A DNA stretch of 64,000 bases, from NCBI GenBank assembly GCA_964512925.1, contig CAZEKH010000001.1:39445-103444 (forward strand), written 5' to 3'. Below, piece by piece: positions 36,583-46,525 of this stretch. Below the pieces are notes generated by a model. The model had not been told where the DNA came from. It ran no database searches and saw only the letters and a list, made by a program, of their open reading frames with translations. The number at the start of each line of letters is the position of its first letter. Position 1 is the first letter of the stretch. The translations under genes were made by a program, and so were the position numbers. The stretch is from an uncultured Candidatus Saccharibacteria bacterium (lineage in GTDB: Bacteria; Patescibacteriota; Doudnabacteria; UBA920).

Positions 36583-37131
36583 ATGATTGAAAAATATCAG
36601 CCATCGCCAGAAAAAATTGTTGAAATTGAAAATCCGCTTCCGTTAGTAAATACTCTCTTAGCTCTTTGTAAGTCCGAGCAATATCCCATTATCTTTCAAC
36701 ATAAAAAACAAATTGCTCGTCTTCAAGTAAAAAAAGAACCATCAAGTTTAGTTCTTGAAAATTTTGATGCTCCACACTTAAAGTTAATTCAATCTGGCGG
36801 CGAAACTACATTGACCGAACTTTCAAAAAAATGTGCCGAAAAATTTAAAAAGATAAACCCAAAAATTGTCGATAAATTTTTTCTTCCCGAACATCAGGGC
36901 ACAGTCAGGGCATTTTTTAAGGACCTTGCAAATCAAGAAACCGCGCATCAACTTTTTTTAAATCCAAGCAGACTAATTGATATATTATTACAAATAAAAT
37001 TTTATTACGAATCTTGTTTACAGCAAAAAAATCAACTGGGAGAAAACCCTTCGCCCCAAATTTCAACAAGAAACAGACGGTTAGCCCAGCGGCTTAGAAA
37101 GCGCATAAGAGAACCGACCGATGAAAAATAA
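36583..37131 (+). CDS. Hypothetical protein
   Basis: 182 aa. Basic C-terminus (RNRRLAQRLRKRIR). No family recognised. Confidence 0.4.
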   Translation: MIEKYQPSPEKIVEIENPLPLVNTLLALCKSEQYPIIFQHKKQIARLQVKKEPSSLVLENFDAPHLKLIQSGGETTLTELSKKCAEKFKKINPKIVDKFFLPEHQGTVRAFFKDLANQETAHQLFLNPSRLIDILLQIKFYYESCLQQKNQLGENPSPQISTRNRRLAQRLRKRIREPTDEK

Positions 37132-37163
37132 AAAATTAATATTCAGATTAAATAACACTTACT

Positions 37164-39629
37164 ATGCCTAAAGATTCATCACAAGAACTGTCCAGCGACA
37201 TTGGAGAGATCAAGCCCCGCACCATAGAAAGCGAAATGCAGGAGTCATACCTTGACTACGCTATGTCTGTTATAGTTTCGCGCGCCCTGCCTGACGTGCG
37301 CGACGGGCTTAAGCCAGTACACAGGCGTATTTTGTATGTAATGCACGAGCTAGGCCTGAGGCACAATGTCAAATTTAGAAAATCCGCAGCTGTAGTTGGA
37401 GATGTGCTTGGTAAATACCACCCGCACGGCGACACCGCGGTTTACGACTCTATGGTGCATATGGCGCAGGAATTCGCAATGCGCTACCCGCTGGTGGACG
37501 GCCAGGGAAACTTTGGCTCAATGGACGGCGACCGTGCTGCGGCTATGCGTTATACCGAAGCCCGTATGTCTGCCTTAGCCGAGGAACTGCTTTTTGACTT
37601 GGATAAAGAAACCGTTGCCTGGCGGGATAACTACGATGCCACCAGAAAAGAACCGGTGGTACTGCCAGGAAAGCTTCCCAACCTGCTTTTAAACGGCACT
37701 TTGGGCATTGCCGTTGGTATGGCAACTGACATCCCGCCGCACAACCTTTGCGAAGTGGCGGACGCCATAGTCAAGCTTATAGACGAGCCTGAAGCAACAG
37801 TTGAAGATTTATTGGAGTTCATCAAAGGTCCGGACTTCCCTACGGGGGGCATCATCTACGATGTAGCAGCGATAAAAAATGCCTATGCCACCGGCAAGGG
37901 CAGTATAGTAATGCGCGCTAAAACCGAAATTCACGAAACCAAATCCGGCGCTTTCCAGATACTCATTCACGAAATTCCTTATAGGATAAACAAAGCGACC
38001 CTTCTGGAAAAAATCGCCGATCTTGTAAATGAGAAAAAAATCGAAGGGATTAAAGACGTGCGCGACGAGTCGGACAAAGACGGAGTTAGAATTGTAGTTG
38101 ACCTGAAAAAAGACGCCCTGGCTAACAAAATCTTAAACCAGCTTTTTTCCTTTACTCAGCTACAGGAAACTTTCCATATGAATATGCTGTCTTTGGTGGA
38201 CGGCATTGAACCCCACGTGCTTAACCTTAAAACTGTTTTAGAAAAATACCTAGAGCACCGGCAGATTGTCGTGCGAAAACGCACAGAGTTTGAACTCAAA
38301 AAAGCCAAAGAACGCGAACACATCCTGGAAGGCCTAAAAAAAGCTTTAGACCATATAGATGAAGTTATAAACACCATCAAAAAGTCGCCGACCAAGGAAG
38401 AGGCTAAGGCAAACTTGATGAAAAAGTTTAAGCTATCCGACCTGCAGGCAGACGCTATTTTGGAAATGCGCCTTCAGACTCTAGCTGGCCTGGAAAGAAA
38501 AAAAGTTGATGACGAGCTAAAAGAAAAACGCGCGCTCATAGCCGAACTGGAAAGTATTTTAAAATCCATAAAACGGATCCTCGGAATCATCAAACAAGAA
38601 GTGTTGGAAATGAAAGAAAAATACGGAGATGAAAGAAGAACCCAGGTGATGAAAAACGCAGTTGGAACTTTTTCAGCCGAAGATCTGATCCCGGAAGAAA
38701 ATGTGATTATTACCATCACTAAATCAGGCTACGTAAAAAGGCTGGCTCCAGATACTTACAAGAGCCAGGCGCGGGGCGGCAAGGGAGTCATCGGCCAGAG
38801 TCTGAAAGAAGAAGACGTGGTGGAAAAACTCATTTCTTCTCATACTCACGACGACATCCTGTTCTTTACCAACAAAGGCAGAGTGTTCCAAACTAAAGTT
38901 TATGAACTCCCGGAAGGCTCCAGAACTTCCAAAGGCCAGGCTTTGGTCAACTTCCTTCAGCTGGGCGCTGGGGAAACTGGACAAGCTGTTTTAACTCTTT
39001 CTAAAAAAGACGACGCTAAATTTTTGGTGATGGCCACGAAAAACGGCCTTGTCAAAAAAACCGCGCGCGAAGAGTTTGCCAAAGTCAGAAGAAGCGGAAT
39101 GATTGCTTTGGGCCTTAAAGACGGCGACGAGCTCAAGTGGGTGGACACCACCTCCGGCGAAGACCAAATAATGCTTTCTACAAAAGAAGGTAAAGCTATA
39201 CGTTTTAAAGAAAAAGATGTAAGACAAATGGGCAGAGGAGCTTCGGGCGTAACCGGTATGCGCTGCAAGAAAGGCGACGAGATTATCTCTATGGATGTCA
39301 TAAGAAAAGAAGTAAGCGCTAAAGATTTGGAAGTTTTGATAGTTACAGAAAACGGCTTGGGCAAAAAGACGGAACTCGAGTACTACAAAATCCAAAACCG
39401 CGGCGGGTCAGGAGTAAAAACCCTCAAAGTGACCCCGAAGACCGGCAAGATAGTTGCGATGTATATCTTAAACGCCAAAGAAGAGCACGACCTGGTTATC
39501 ATCTCGGAAAAAGGTCAAACCATAAGAACGCCTTTAAATGCTGTTTCTACCTTAGGCCGCGCCACCCAAGGCGTAAGAGTTATGAGGCTGGATGAAGGGG
39601 ATAAAGTTGCAAGCGCTACGGTGATATAG
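37164..39629 (+). CDS. gyrA: DNA gyrase subunit A
   Basis: [26 protein letters not shown] (active-site Tyr region), GyrA box and C-terminal beta-pinwheel repeats. Confidence 0.95.
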   Translation: MPKDSSQELSSDIGEIKPRTIESEMQESYLDYAMSVIVSRALPDVRDGLKPVHRRILYVMHELGLRHNVKFRKSAAVVGDVLGKYHPHGDTAVYDSMVHMAQEFAMRYPLVDGQGNFGSMDGDRAAAMRYTEARMSALAEELLFDLDKETVAWRDNYDATRKEPVVLPGKLPNLLLNGTLGIAVGMATDIPPHNLCEVADAIVKLIDEPEATVEDLLEFIKGPDFPTGGIIYDVAAIKNAYATGKGSIVMRAKTEIHETKSGAFQILIHEIPYRINKATLLEKIADLVNEKKIEGIKDVRDESDKDGVRIVVDLKKDALANKILNQLFSFTQLQETFHMNMLSLVDGIEPHVLNLKTVLEKYLEHRQIVVRKRTEFELKKAKEREHILEGLKKALDHIDEVINTIKKSPTKEEAKANLMKKFKLSDLQADAILEMRLQTLAGLERKKVDDELKEKRALIAELESILKSIKRILGIIKQEVLEMKEKYGDERRTQVMKNAVGTFSAEDLIPEENVIITITKSGYVKRLAPDTYKSQARGGKGVIGQSLKEEDVVEKLISSHTHDDILFFTNKGRVFQTKVYELPEGSRTSKGQALVNFLQLGAGETGQAVLTLSKKDDAKFLVMATKNGLVKKTAREEFAKVRRSGMIALGLKDGDELKWVDTTSGEDQIMLSTKEGKAIRFKEKDVRQMGRGASGVTGMRCKKGDEIISMDVIRKEVSAKDLEVLIVTENGLGKKTELEYYKIQNRGGSGVKTLKVTPKTGKIVAMYILNAKEEHDLVIISEKGQTIRTPLNAVSTLGRATQGVRVMRLDEGDKVASATVI

Positions 39630-39785
39630 GTTGTAGGTTTTAGGAATTAGTAAATACAAAAGCCAAATTATAAAATTAAAAAACATCCAAATTTGATTTG
39701 GATGTTTTTTAATATATTTTATTGCCAAACAAAGTAACAAGAAGTCCGTTTATTAAAATACTTAGATGATTATGCTTTTTGTCGC

Positions 39786-40064
39786 TCAAGCCGCAATAAT
39801 GAACAATGTTGGTAATATTATTTTTTTTAATCGCTTAACGAAAATAGCCACGTCTGAGTAGTTTCCCACCACATCTATATCATGCTCCGTATAGCCTCTT
39901 CCGGCCAATCCGCCAACAATCTCTAAATCCAGTCCTTCTAAAGAAGGTTTGACTTTTTCAATCTGAATCTTTGGCCATTGTTTCCCCAAAATTTTAGTCA
40001 GCCTGTGTCCAAATATTTTAGACCCGAACGAACATAAACTACATTTGATTTTATATGAATCCAT
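39786..40064 (-). CDS. Minimal nucleotidyltransferase (Pol-beta superfamily) domain protein
   Basis: GGLAGRGYTEHDIDVV fits the hG[GS]x9-13DxD NTase motif. Confidence 0.4.
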   Translation of the reverse strand: MDSYKIKCSLCSFGSKIFGHRLTKILGKQWPKIQIEKVKPSLEGLDLEIVGGLAGRGYTEHDIDVVGNYSDVAIFVKRLKKIILPTLFIIAA

Positions 40065-40104
40065 AAATATTAAGGACAGATATACTTACTACCCATAGCG
40101 CTAC

Positions 40105-40154
40105 ATAAAAATATGGCGGGTACGCTGAGCGTACCATTCACCACGCTAAGCGTG
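40105..40154 (-). repeat. Second copy of the two-hairpin tRNA trailer (3' of tRNA-Ile)
   Basis: Reverse complement of ACCACGCTTAGCGTGGTGAATGGTACGCTCAGCGTACCCGCCATAT. Confidence 0.6.
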
Positions 40155-40228
40155 GTGGGCGTGCCTGGACTCGAACCAGGGACCCCGAAGGTATAAGCTT
40201 CGTGCTCTAACCAGCTGAGCTACACGCC
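40152..40228 (-). tRNA. tRNA-Ile (anticodon TAT, AUA-reading)
   Basis: Reverse complement GGGCGTGTAGCTCAGCTGGTTAGAGCACGAAGCTTATACCTTCGGGGTCCCTGGTTCGAGTCCAGGCACGCCCACCA. Anticodon loop CTTATAC. Confidence 0.75.
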
Positions 40229-40348
40229 CGTGTAACTAAGGAGTATTATAGAAAAAATTCACCAATGAAGCAATAGGTCTATTTTGCAAAAAATTTAAAA
40301 GGGTGTATATTTTAGGAAAGTTCTTGTCTTTCCTTTTAGGAGGCTTCG

Positions 40349-40885
40349 ATGAAACTCACGGCCGGATACGACTTGCCGCTCGCGGCACAATTTTTTCGCC
40401 GATCGTTTACGGATATTATTGTGGGTGGAGGTGTGCCTGGTGTCCACTTTCTACCGATAGAGGTTGACTGGATGTCAGAGAGACTTGGTCAGACAACCAC
40501 CATCAATCTGGATCGCAAATTTGGAGGAGTGTGGTTTAAGGGAGATGCCAAATCCCTTGCGGCAGCCACTAGGACATACAACCGCAATAGAGTCATGCTC
40601 CAAGCCGCAGAAATCGCCGCTGTGTCATTAATGGCTTACAAGGGTCTGATCCAGCAGGGTGGATTGATTCCACAAAAAGATGATACTCATCAAATCTGTT
40701 CAGCCCTGTTCCTAAATGCATCAAAGTGGCCATATCACACAGAACAAACCAAGTTTGTTTTGGCCAGACTTTCGCTTCATACCGTACCCTGGCTGAAACT
40801 ACTGAGTCTGGTTCCTAGAAACGACTTGATTGAGATGATCTGGAACAGACCATCTTCAATTCTTGTTCTGCCAGGCGACGAATAG
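40349..40885 (+). CDS. Hypothetical protein in a GC-rich islet next to tRNA-Ile
   Basis: 178 aa. Local GC about 50%. Followed by a GC-rich terminator. Confidence 0.4.
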   Translation: MKLTAGYDLPLAAQFFRRSFTDIIVGGGVPGVHFLPIEVDWMSERLGQTTTINLDRKFGGVWFKGDAKSLAAATRTYNRNRVMLQAAEIAAVSLMAYKGLIQQGGLIPQKDDTHQICSALFLNASKWPYHTEQTKFVLARLSLHTVPWLKLLSLVPRNDLIEMIWNRPSSILVLPGDE

Positions 40886-40926
40886 CCAGAGTTTGTAAAT
40901 TGATGATACGAGATTCCCCCGGCACG

Positions 40927-40967
40927 CTGTAAATATGCGTGCCGGGGATCATTTTTTAAAAAATATT
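40927..40967 (+). terminator. Terminator CCCCGGCACGC-TGTAAATAT-GCGTGCCGGGG plus T-run
   Basis: 11-bp GC stem, then ATCATTTTTT. Confidence 0.65.
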
Positions 40968-41238
40968 TTTTCTGTAGGCATTTGTAGCGCATCTTTGCAG
41001 TTTCTGTAACCCCTAGACAAAACCTAAAATATTTGCTATTCTATATGTAGAAAAGCTATTTCTTCTTCCGCCAACTGGCGGAGAGAACGAAACAAAAACT
41101 ATCGCTTGGCCAAAATTAGCCAGGCAACATAAAAAAATTTAAAACCGCCAAAATTAGCGGTTTCTCAACTCCCTTCATTTCAGGGGGTTCGGCTAAAAGG
41201 TTTGCTTTTAGTCACAATCTCTTCTTTAGGCTTTTTCT

Positions 41239-41274
41239 AAAAAACCTCTCCCCAAGTAAGGGGATAGGTTTTTT
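41239..41274. repeat. Family-A hairpin AAAAAACCTCTCCCCAAGTAAGGGGATAGGTTTTTT
   Basis: Palindrome flanked by complementary A-run and T-run. Could act as a bidirectional terminator. Confidence 0.45.
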
Positions 41275-41375
41275 CAATTATTCCACAATACACAAACCAA
41301 ACCCATAGATTCGATCTAGTTTATCTTTTTTTCATTTTAAGTTAAAATATAAAAACATTAACCACAAATATCCAT

Positions 41376-41648
41376 ATGGACGAAGAAGAACTAAAAATTT
41401 GGTACGAAGAAAAATATCATAAACTTTTAGGCATAACTTTTGAAGAATGGCTGGAATCCAGCCCTAAAAGTGAAGACCAGGCTTACGCGCGTATGGAAGA
41501 TATTGACCGCGAACTGAAGGCAACCGAGGACGAATATCACGACTCCACTGGCGATGAAAAATGGCAGTTGGAAGAGTATAGGGAAAAAATGCGCAACGAA
41601 TACCAGATGCTTGAAGAAATGTTCGGTCTTCAAAGTCATGATGAGTAA
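41376..41648 (+). CDS. Acidic hypothetical protein
   Basis: 90 aa, Glu/Asp-rich. Confidence 0.35.
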   Translation: MDEEELKIWYEEKYHKLLGITFEEWLESSPKSEDQAYARMEDIDRELKATEDEYHDSTGDEKWQLEEYREKMRNEYQMLEEMFGLQSHDE

Positions 41649-41756
41649 AATTTTCATTTATCAATTTTCCCAACAAAGCGGAACTCCAAAGAACATTGGG
41701 ACAATTTTATATCAACCAAAAAAGTAAACAATCAAACCTTAAGTTACATTATTTAA

Positions 41757-43901
41757 ATGTTTCAAATTGTTGTATTTTACATTATTTTTTCCTTGTTTGG
41801 ATTTTTAGGCCTGCCCCTGGTCAGAAGGGCGGGTCTTTCAGAAAAAGCACCTGTGCTTTGGGTGGCGGGAAAAATAGCCGGGCTTTTAACATTTGGTTAC
41901 TTAGTTTGGTTCTTAGCTTCCCTAAATCTTTTAGACTATCAAAACAAACTTGTAATCAGCCTAGGATTTTTGACTTTTGGCATCTACGGAATTTTTGATA
42001 CCTATAAACATTTAAGCGGTAAAACCAGACCTGAAAAAAAATCCTGGCTGCTGTCACTTGTAAAAACCGAGGCAATTTCTTCAGTGTTATTTTTAGCCTA
42101 TCTATACATCAGGTCATACCATCCGGATATCTATGACACTGAAAGATTTATGGATATGGCGTGGCTGACCTCTTCTGGGAAAACCAGCACATTCCCTTTT
42201 TTAGATCCCTGGTATCAGGGTAAAACCGTCAACTACTATTACTACGGCTCATATCTAATGAGCCTTATAGCCAACTTAGGACGGGTGCCATATGTTTACG
42301 CTTATACAGCGGCTTTGGGAGTTTTGTATTCCGGCGCCTGTATGCTGGCCGGAGTATTAACTTATGAGATCACCGCAAAAAAATCCTATGCCGCTTTATC
42401 AGCTTTTTTAGTCACCACGGCTGGCACGCTTTTTTACTCGGGTTGTGTTTTAAAAGGGTTTTTTCAAACCCCGGAAACGGTTTGTTCGTGGACGTCTTCA
42501 ACGCGCCTGTTTACTCCTTCATACATCATCAACGAAATTCCATCATATAGTTTTACAGTCGGGGATTTACACGCTCATTTTTTAGCCCTGCTCCCATTTT
42601 TGTTTAATTTGATCCTGGTCTATGGATTTGTTAAAACTGAAAAACCGAACAAATTATTAACTGTACTTTTATCTTTTGGTTTTGCAACTTCTTTCTTATC
42701 CAATTCCTGGGATGCCATAACTCTCAGTGTTTTATTGGCTTTGGCCGTGTTATATAAGTTTTACGAAACTCATGAACAACAAGGAAGACATTATATAGCT
42801 AGGATAAAAAGTATCAGTCCTTTTATTGTTTCCGCGGGGCTTGCGGGTTTGTTGTCTGGACTGATGATTCTTCCATACATCCTCAAATTCCATCTGCCGG
42901 TTTTGGGTTTCAAATTTGTGCCACAATATGTGTGGACCAACAAACTTATAAATTCCCAGTGGCCAACGCCTTTTTCCGCCTTTTTTGGAATGTGGGGTGT
43001 ATTTCTGATTGGAATTTTCTGGCCTTTATGGCATTTAAGAAAAAAACTTGTAGAACTAAAGTTTCCGCTGCTTTTAACCGCGACTTCGTTATTTTTTCTC
43101 GTTTTTGTAGAGTTATTTTTTGTGGCAGATATTTATTCAGTGGCCAATCCGCCCTATTTTAGAGCCAACACAGTGTTTAAGTTTGGCTATCATATTTGGA
43201 TTATGCTGTCTGTTGCGTTTAGCGTTATGCTTTGGGCGATTTTAAACCCCCAGAGCTTTTCTCTCAACTCTAAGAAAAAAGCAGTTTTTCAAAACAAATA
43301 TTCAGGTTGGATAAAATTTGGCGTATGCGTGTTTATATTTTTCAGCCTATACTACCCGTACCAGGCATTAAAGCAATATTACGGATTGTTTGGTGGCAGT
43401 TTCAAATCAGCGTTCGGTCGATCCTTAGACGGCTCGGAGTTTATGAAAAATACTGGCATTGGCGACTATGAAGCGGTTAAATTTATCAACCAACATATCC
43501 AAGGCAGGAAAGTCTTGATGGAAGCCGTGGGTGACAGCTATAAATACAACGGCAGGATTTCGGTTTTTACCGGAATGATCAACCCCATCAATTGGCTGTC
43601 TCACGAATGGACTTGGAGGCTGGATGCTGAAGCGGCAAAAAAAGCCAAGCCCGGAGAGCAGGTAGAGACCGGTTACGGCAAAGTTTCTGCCATTGGTCAG
43701 GATGTAAAAACAATTTACGAGACGCCGGATGTAAATATGGCCAAAAGCTTGCTTGGAAAATATCAGGTTAAATATGTTTATATCGGCTCTTTAGAGTGGA
43801 GCACATACCCGGCTTTGCAAGAAAATAAATTTGCATCTTTGGGAAAAATTATCTACGACGCAAACGGAGTTAAAATATACCAAGTAGTAGGTAGTAGATA
43901 G
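41757..43901 (+). CDS. YYY-motif (DUF2298 / chlor_Arch_YYY) large polytopic membrane protein, putative glycosyltransferase
   Basis: 714 aa, more than 12 TM segments, conserved TVNYYYYGSY motif. Confidence 0.7.
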   Translation: MFQIVVFYIIFSLFGFLGLPLVRRAGLSEKAPVLWVAGKIAGLLTFGYLVWFLASLNLLDYQNKLVISLGFLTFGIYGIFDTYKHLSGKTRPEKKSWLLSLVKTEAISSVLFLAYLYIRSYHPDIYDTERFMDMAWLTSSGKTSTFPFLDPWYQGKTVNYYYYGSYLMSLIANLGRVPYVYAYTAALGVLYSGACMLAGVLTYEITAKKSYAALSAFLVTTAGTLFYSGCVLKGFFQTPETVCSWTSSTRLFTPSYIINEIPSYSFTVGDLHAHFLALLPFLFNLILVYGFVKTEKPNKLLTVLLSFGFATSFLSNSWDAITLSVLLALAVLYKFYETHEQQGRHYIARIKSISPFIVSAGLAGLLSGLMILPYILKFHLPVLGFKFVPQYVWTNKLINSQWPTPFSAFFGMWGVFLIGIFWPLWHLRKKLVELKFPLLLTATSLFFLVFVELFFVADIYSVANPPYFRANTVFKFGYHIWIMLSVAFSVMLWAILNPQSFSLNSKKKAVFQNKYSGWIKFGVCVFIFFSLYYPYQALKQYYGLFGGSFKSAFGRSLDGSEFMKNTGIGDYEAVKFINQHIQGRKVLMEAVGDSYKYNGRISVFTGMINPINWLSHEWTWRLDAEAAKKAKPGEQVETGYGKVSAIGQDVKTIYETPDVNMAKSLLGKYQVKYVYIGSLEWSTYPALQENKFASLGKIIYDANGVKIYQVVGSR

Positions 43902-43982
43902 CCTGCCCGAATGCAAAGCAAACAAATAAGTAGTAAAATTTTGGCAATCCTTCGCAATTATATAATATTGGGCAATTAATTT

Positions 43983-44735
43983 ATGCTTTACGTTGTTGCA
44001 ACACCAATTGGAAATTTGGGGGATATAACCCTCCGCGCAATCGAGGTTTTAAAGTCTTGCGATTTTGTGATTGCGGAAAACCCAGGGTACTCACGGAGGC
44101 TTTTAGAATATATAGATGGGTTACCATTAAATTCCAATATTATAAAAACGCTGACTGAGGATATTTACCCTGGATCCCGGATCGAGTCCGGGATGACAGC
44201 TAAAATTAGCCGCAAAGAAGTTTGTCAATTTGCGGAACATAACGAACAACAGGTAGTCAAAGAACTTTCCAGAAGGCTGATAAAAGAAACCGCCTGCCTT
44301 ATAACTGACGCCGGGACTCCGGGCGTTTCTGACCCAGGCTTTAGGCTGGTAAGAGAGTGCGTTGCGCAAGGTGTTGAAGTATTACCTATCCCAGGAGCCA
44401 ATGCCGCCGTTGCCGCGCTTTCTGCAAGTGGACTTCCAACTGACAAATTTATGTTTTTAGGTTTCCTTCAAAAAACAGCGGCTAAAACCGTGTCCGCCCT
44501 ACAGTCTGCAGAAAGCGCGGAAGCCACGGCGATTTTCTATGAATCCCCGGAAAGAATTATAAAAACCCTAAGCTACATCTCCAACGCTTTTCCAAACAGC
44601 CGGGTGGTTGTGGCCAGGGAACTTACCAAGCTCCACGAAGAATTTTTACGCGGAAACCCGGACGAGGTCATCCAGATGCTTAAAGAAAAGCCTTCAATAA
44701 AAGGCGAGCTGACCGTATTAATTTCATTTAAATAA
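43983..44735 (+). CDS. rsmI: 16S rRNA (cytidine1402-2'-O)-methyltransferase RsmI with an internal approximately 30-aa insertion
   Basis: MLYVVATPIGNLGDITLRAIEVL and ITDAGTPGVSDPG match RsmI. The insertion spans the family-B palindrome at 44169-44198. Confidence 0.85.
   Translation: MLYVVATPIGNLGDITLRAIEVLKSCDFVIAENPGYSRRLLEYIDGLPLNSNIIKTLTEDIYPGSRIESGMTAKISRKEVCQFAEHNEQQVVKELSRRLIKETACLITDAGTPGVSDPGFRLVRECVAQGVEVLPIPGANAAVAALSASGLPTDKFMFLGFLQKTAAKTVSALQSAESAEATAIFYESPERIIKTLSYISNAFPNSRVVVARELTKLHEEFLRGNPDEVIQMLKEKPSIKGELTVLISFK
44169..44198. repeat. Family-B palindrome CCTGGATCCCGGATCGAGTCCGGGATGACA inside the rsmI coding sequence, in frame
   Basis: Encodes PGSRIESGMT. Arms are identical to the terminal repeats of the 21351-21507 element. 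Confidence 0.55.
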
Positions 44736-44778
44736 AATTGTTTGACAACAGTATTACAGATGTAATACAATTATAAAT

Positions 44779-45009
44779 ATGAGAACAATACTTAACCTTT
44801 CAATCCCCCCCCAAACTGCCACAGTAATAAAAAAGCGCGCTAAAATGCGTGGCTTTACTAGCACAAGCAGCTACATCCGCTTTCTTATTGATTCAGATAA
44901 TGACAACTTAATAACAGAAAAACAACTTTTACAAATAGCAAAAAAAGCTGACGCTGACTACAACACCGGAAAGTTGATTAAAGCTAAATCACTAACGGAG
45001 TTGCTATAG
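44779..45009 (+). CDS. Putative antitoxin (RelB/ParD-like small protein)
   Basis: 76 aa ORF directly upstream (3-nt gap) of a RelE/ParE toxin. Confidence 0.45.
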   Translation: MRTILNLSIPPQTATVIKKRAKMRGFTSTSSYIRFLIDSDNDNLITEKQLLQIAKKADADYNTGKLIKAKSLTELL

Positions 45010-45012
45010 CAT

Positions 45013-45285
45013 ATGGTAGTAACCGACATATTTTATGGCCAGGATTTTGTAAAGCAATTTAAAAAACTGCCGAAAGAAATTCAGGTTTTTTCGATATCCA
45101 AAGAAAAATTATTTAAAGAAAACCCCCTACACCCCTCACTAAGGCTACACGGTTTGAAAGGAAAACTGGATGGCCTTTTTTCTATTTCAATAAACTTAAG
45201 CTATAGAATCATTTTTAAAAGAAAAGAGAATGGAAATATTATTTTTATCTCTATAGGCAAACATAATATATATAAAAATCTATGA
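45013..45285 (+). CDS. RelE/ParE-family type II toxin (YafQ-like mRNA interferase)
   Basis: LHPSLRLHGLKGKLDGLFSISINLSYRIIFKRKENGNIIFISIGKH is the canonical RelE/ParE C-terminal motif. Confidence 0.75.
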   Translation: MVVTDIFYGQDFVKQFKKLPKEIQVFSISKEKLFKENPLHPSLRLHGLKGKLDGLFSISINLSYRIIFKRKENGNIIFISIGKHNIYKNL

Positions 45286-46001
45286 GCGGACACTCTAAAT
45301 GGAGCCAAATAAAAAGAACAAAGGGCGCGCTCGACCAAAAGCGCGGGCTTTTATTTTCCAAACTTTCCAAAAAAATTTCCATTGCGGTCAAAGAAGGCAG
45401 GGGCAGCGGGGATCCAAACGCAAACTTTAAACTGAAAGGCGCCATAGAATACGCCAAAGGCTTGGGTATGCCCAATGACAACATAGACAGGGCTATAAAG
45501 GCGGCAACAGGCGCAGGAGCCCAAACTATCCACGAAGCTGTATACGAAGGCTATGGGCCCTTTGGCACGGCCTTTTTAGTTGAATGCGCCACAGACAATA
45601 CTAACCGCACCTTTCAAAACATAAGACATATATTTTCTGAGCATAACGGATCCATTGGCGCCCAAGGCTCGGTTGCCTGGCAATTTGAAACCAAAGGACA
45701 AATACTCGTAGAGCGTGACCAAAATATTGCAAACCTGGAACTTATAGCCATTGACGCGGGAGCAAAAGACGTAAGGGAAAGCCAGGAAGGGCTTGAGGTT
45801 TACACGGATATACACAATTTAAACGAAATTAAAACTGTTCTGGCAGCAGCGGGCGCTAAAATTGCCAAAGCGGAAATAATAAAAGAGTCTTCCCAAGGCG
45901 TTGATCTTACCGAAGACCAAAAACCAAAAGTTGACGCACTATTTGCAGCCTTAGAAAATGATGAAGACGTTATTTCTGTTCATACCTCCGCTAATCTATA
46001 A
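45282..46001 (+). CDS. yebC: YebC/PmpR-family DNA-binding regulator
   Basis: MSGHSKWSQIKRTKGALDQKRG N-terminus. Overlaps the toxin stop (ATGA). Confidence 0.9.
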   Translation: MSGHSKWSQIKRTKGALDQKRGLLFSKLSKKISIAVKEGRGSGDPNANFKLKGAIEYAKGLGMPNDNIDRAIKAATGAGAQTIHEAVYEGYGPFGTAFLVECATDNTNRTFQNIRHIFSEHNGSIGAQGSVAWQFETKGQILVERDQNIANLELIAIDAGAKDVRESQEGLEVYTDIHNLNEIKTVLAAAGAKIAKAEIIKESSQGVDLTEDQKPKVDALFAALENDEDVISVHTSANL

Positions 46002-46036
46002 GTCTTCCATAATACATAATACTTAATTCAATATAC

Positions 46037-46525
46037 ATGATAGTTCTCGGTATTGATCCCGGAACAGCCACCACCGGTTATGGCATAATCCAAACTCAAA
46101 AAAACCAGCTTCAGCTGGTGGATTTTGGCATTATTTCCACTGATAAAAAACTGTCAGACTCGGAACGTTTGGAAATTCTTGGCAGCGATGTGGAAGAGTT
46201 GATAAAAAAATACAAACCAAAATGCGTTGGGGTAGAGAAACTATTTTTTACCACCAACCAAAAAACTGTAATGACAGTATCGCAAGCCAGGGGAGTTGTG
46301 TTGTATGTTTGCAAAAAAGCCGGCATTCCGATACTGGAATACACACCGCTTCAGGTAAAAAGTTTTATCTGCGGTTATGGCAAAGCGGACAAAAAACAAG
46401 TGCAGTTTATGGTACAAAAAACCTTTGCCTTAAAAAAACCGCCCAAACCAGATGACGCGGCAGACGCCATAGCCATCGCCCTATGTGCCGGACATTTTTT
46501 TAAACAAATAAACAGGCTTAAATAA
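46037..46525 (+). CDS. ruvC: Crossover junction endodeoxyribonuclease RuvC
   Basis: MIVLGIDPGTATTGYGII. Confidence 0.9.
   Translation: MIVLGIDPGTATTGYGIIQTQKNQLQLVDFGIISTDKKLSDSERLEILGSDVEELIKKYKPKCVGVEKLFFTTNQKTVMTVSQARGVVLYVCKKAGIPILEYTPLQVKSFICGYGKADKKQVQFMVQKTFALKKPPKPDDAADAIAIALCAGHFFKQINRLK

Noticed and set aside
37396-39395. Multiple short ORFs within gyrA on either strand
   Set aside because: All are internal to or antisense to gyrA.
29669-40154. The inverted trailer copies delimiting a 10.4-kb mobile element
   Set aside because: The interval carries gyrA, rpsA and tRNAs and no integrase or transposase, so it is more likely a tRNA-associated trailer motif. An inversion substrate cannot be excluded.
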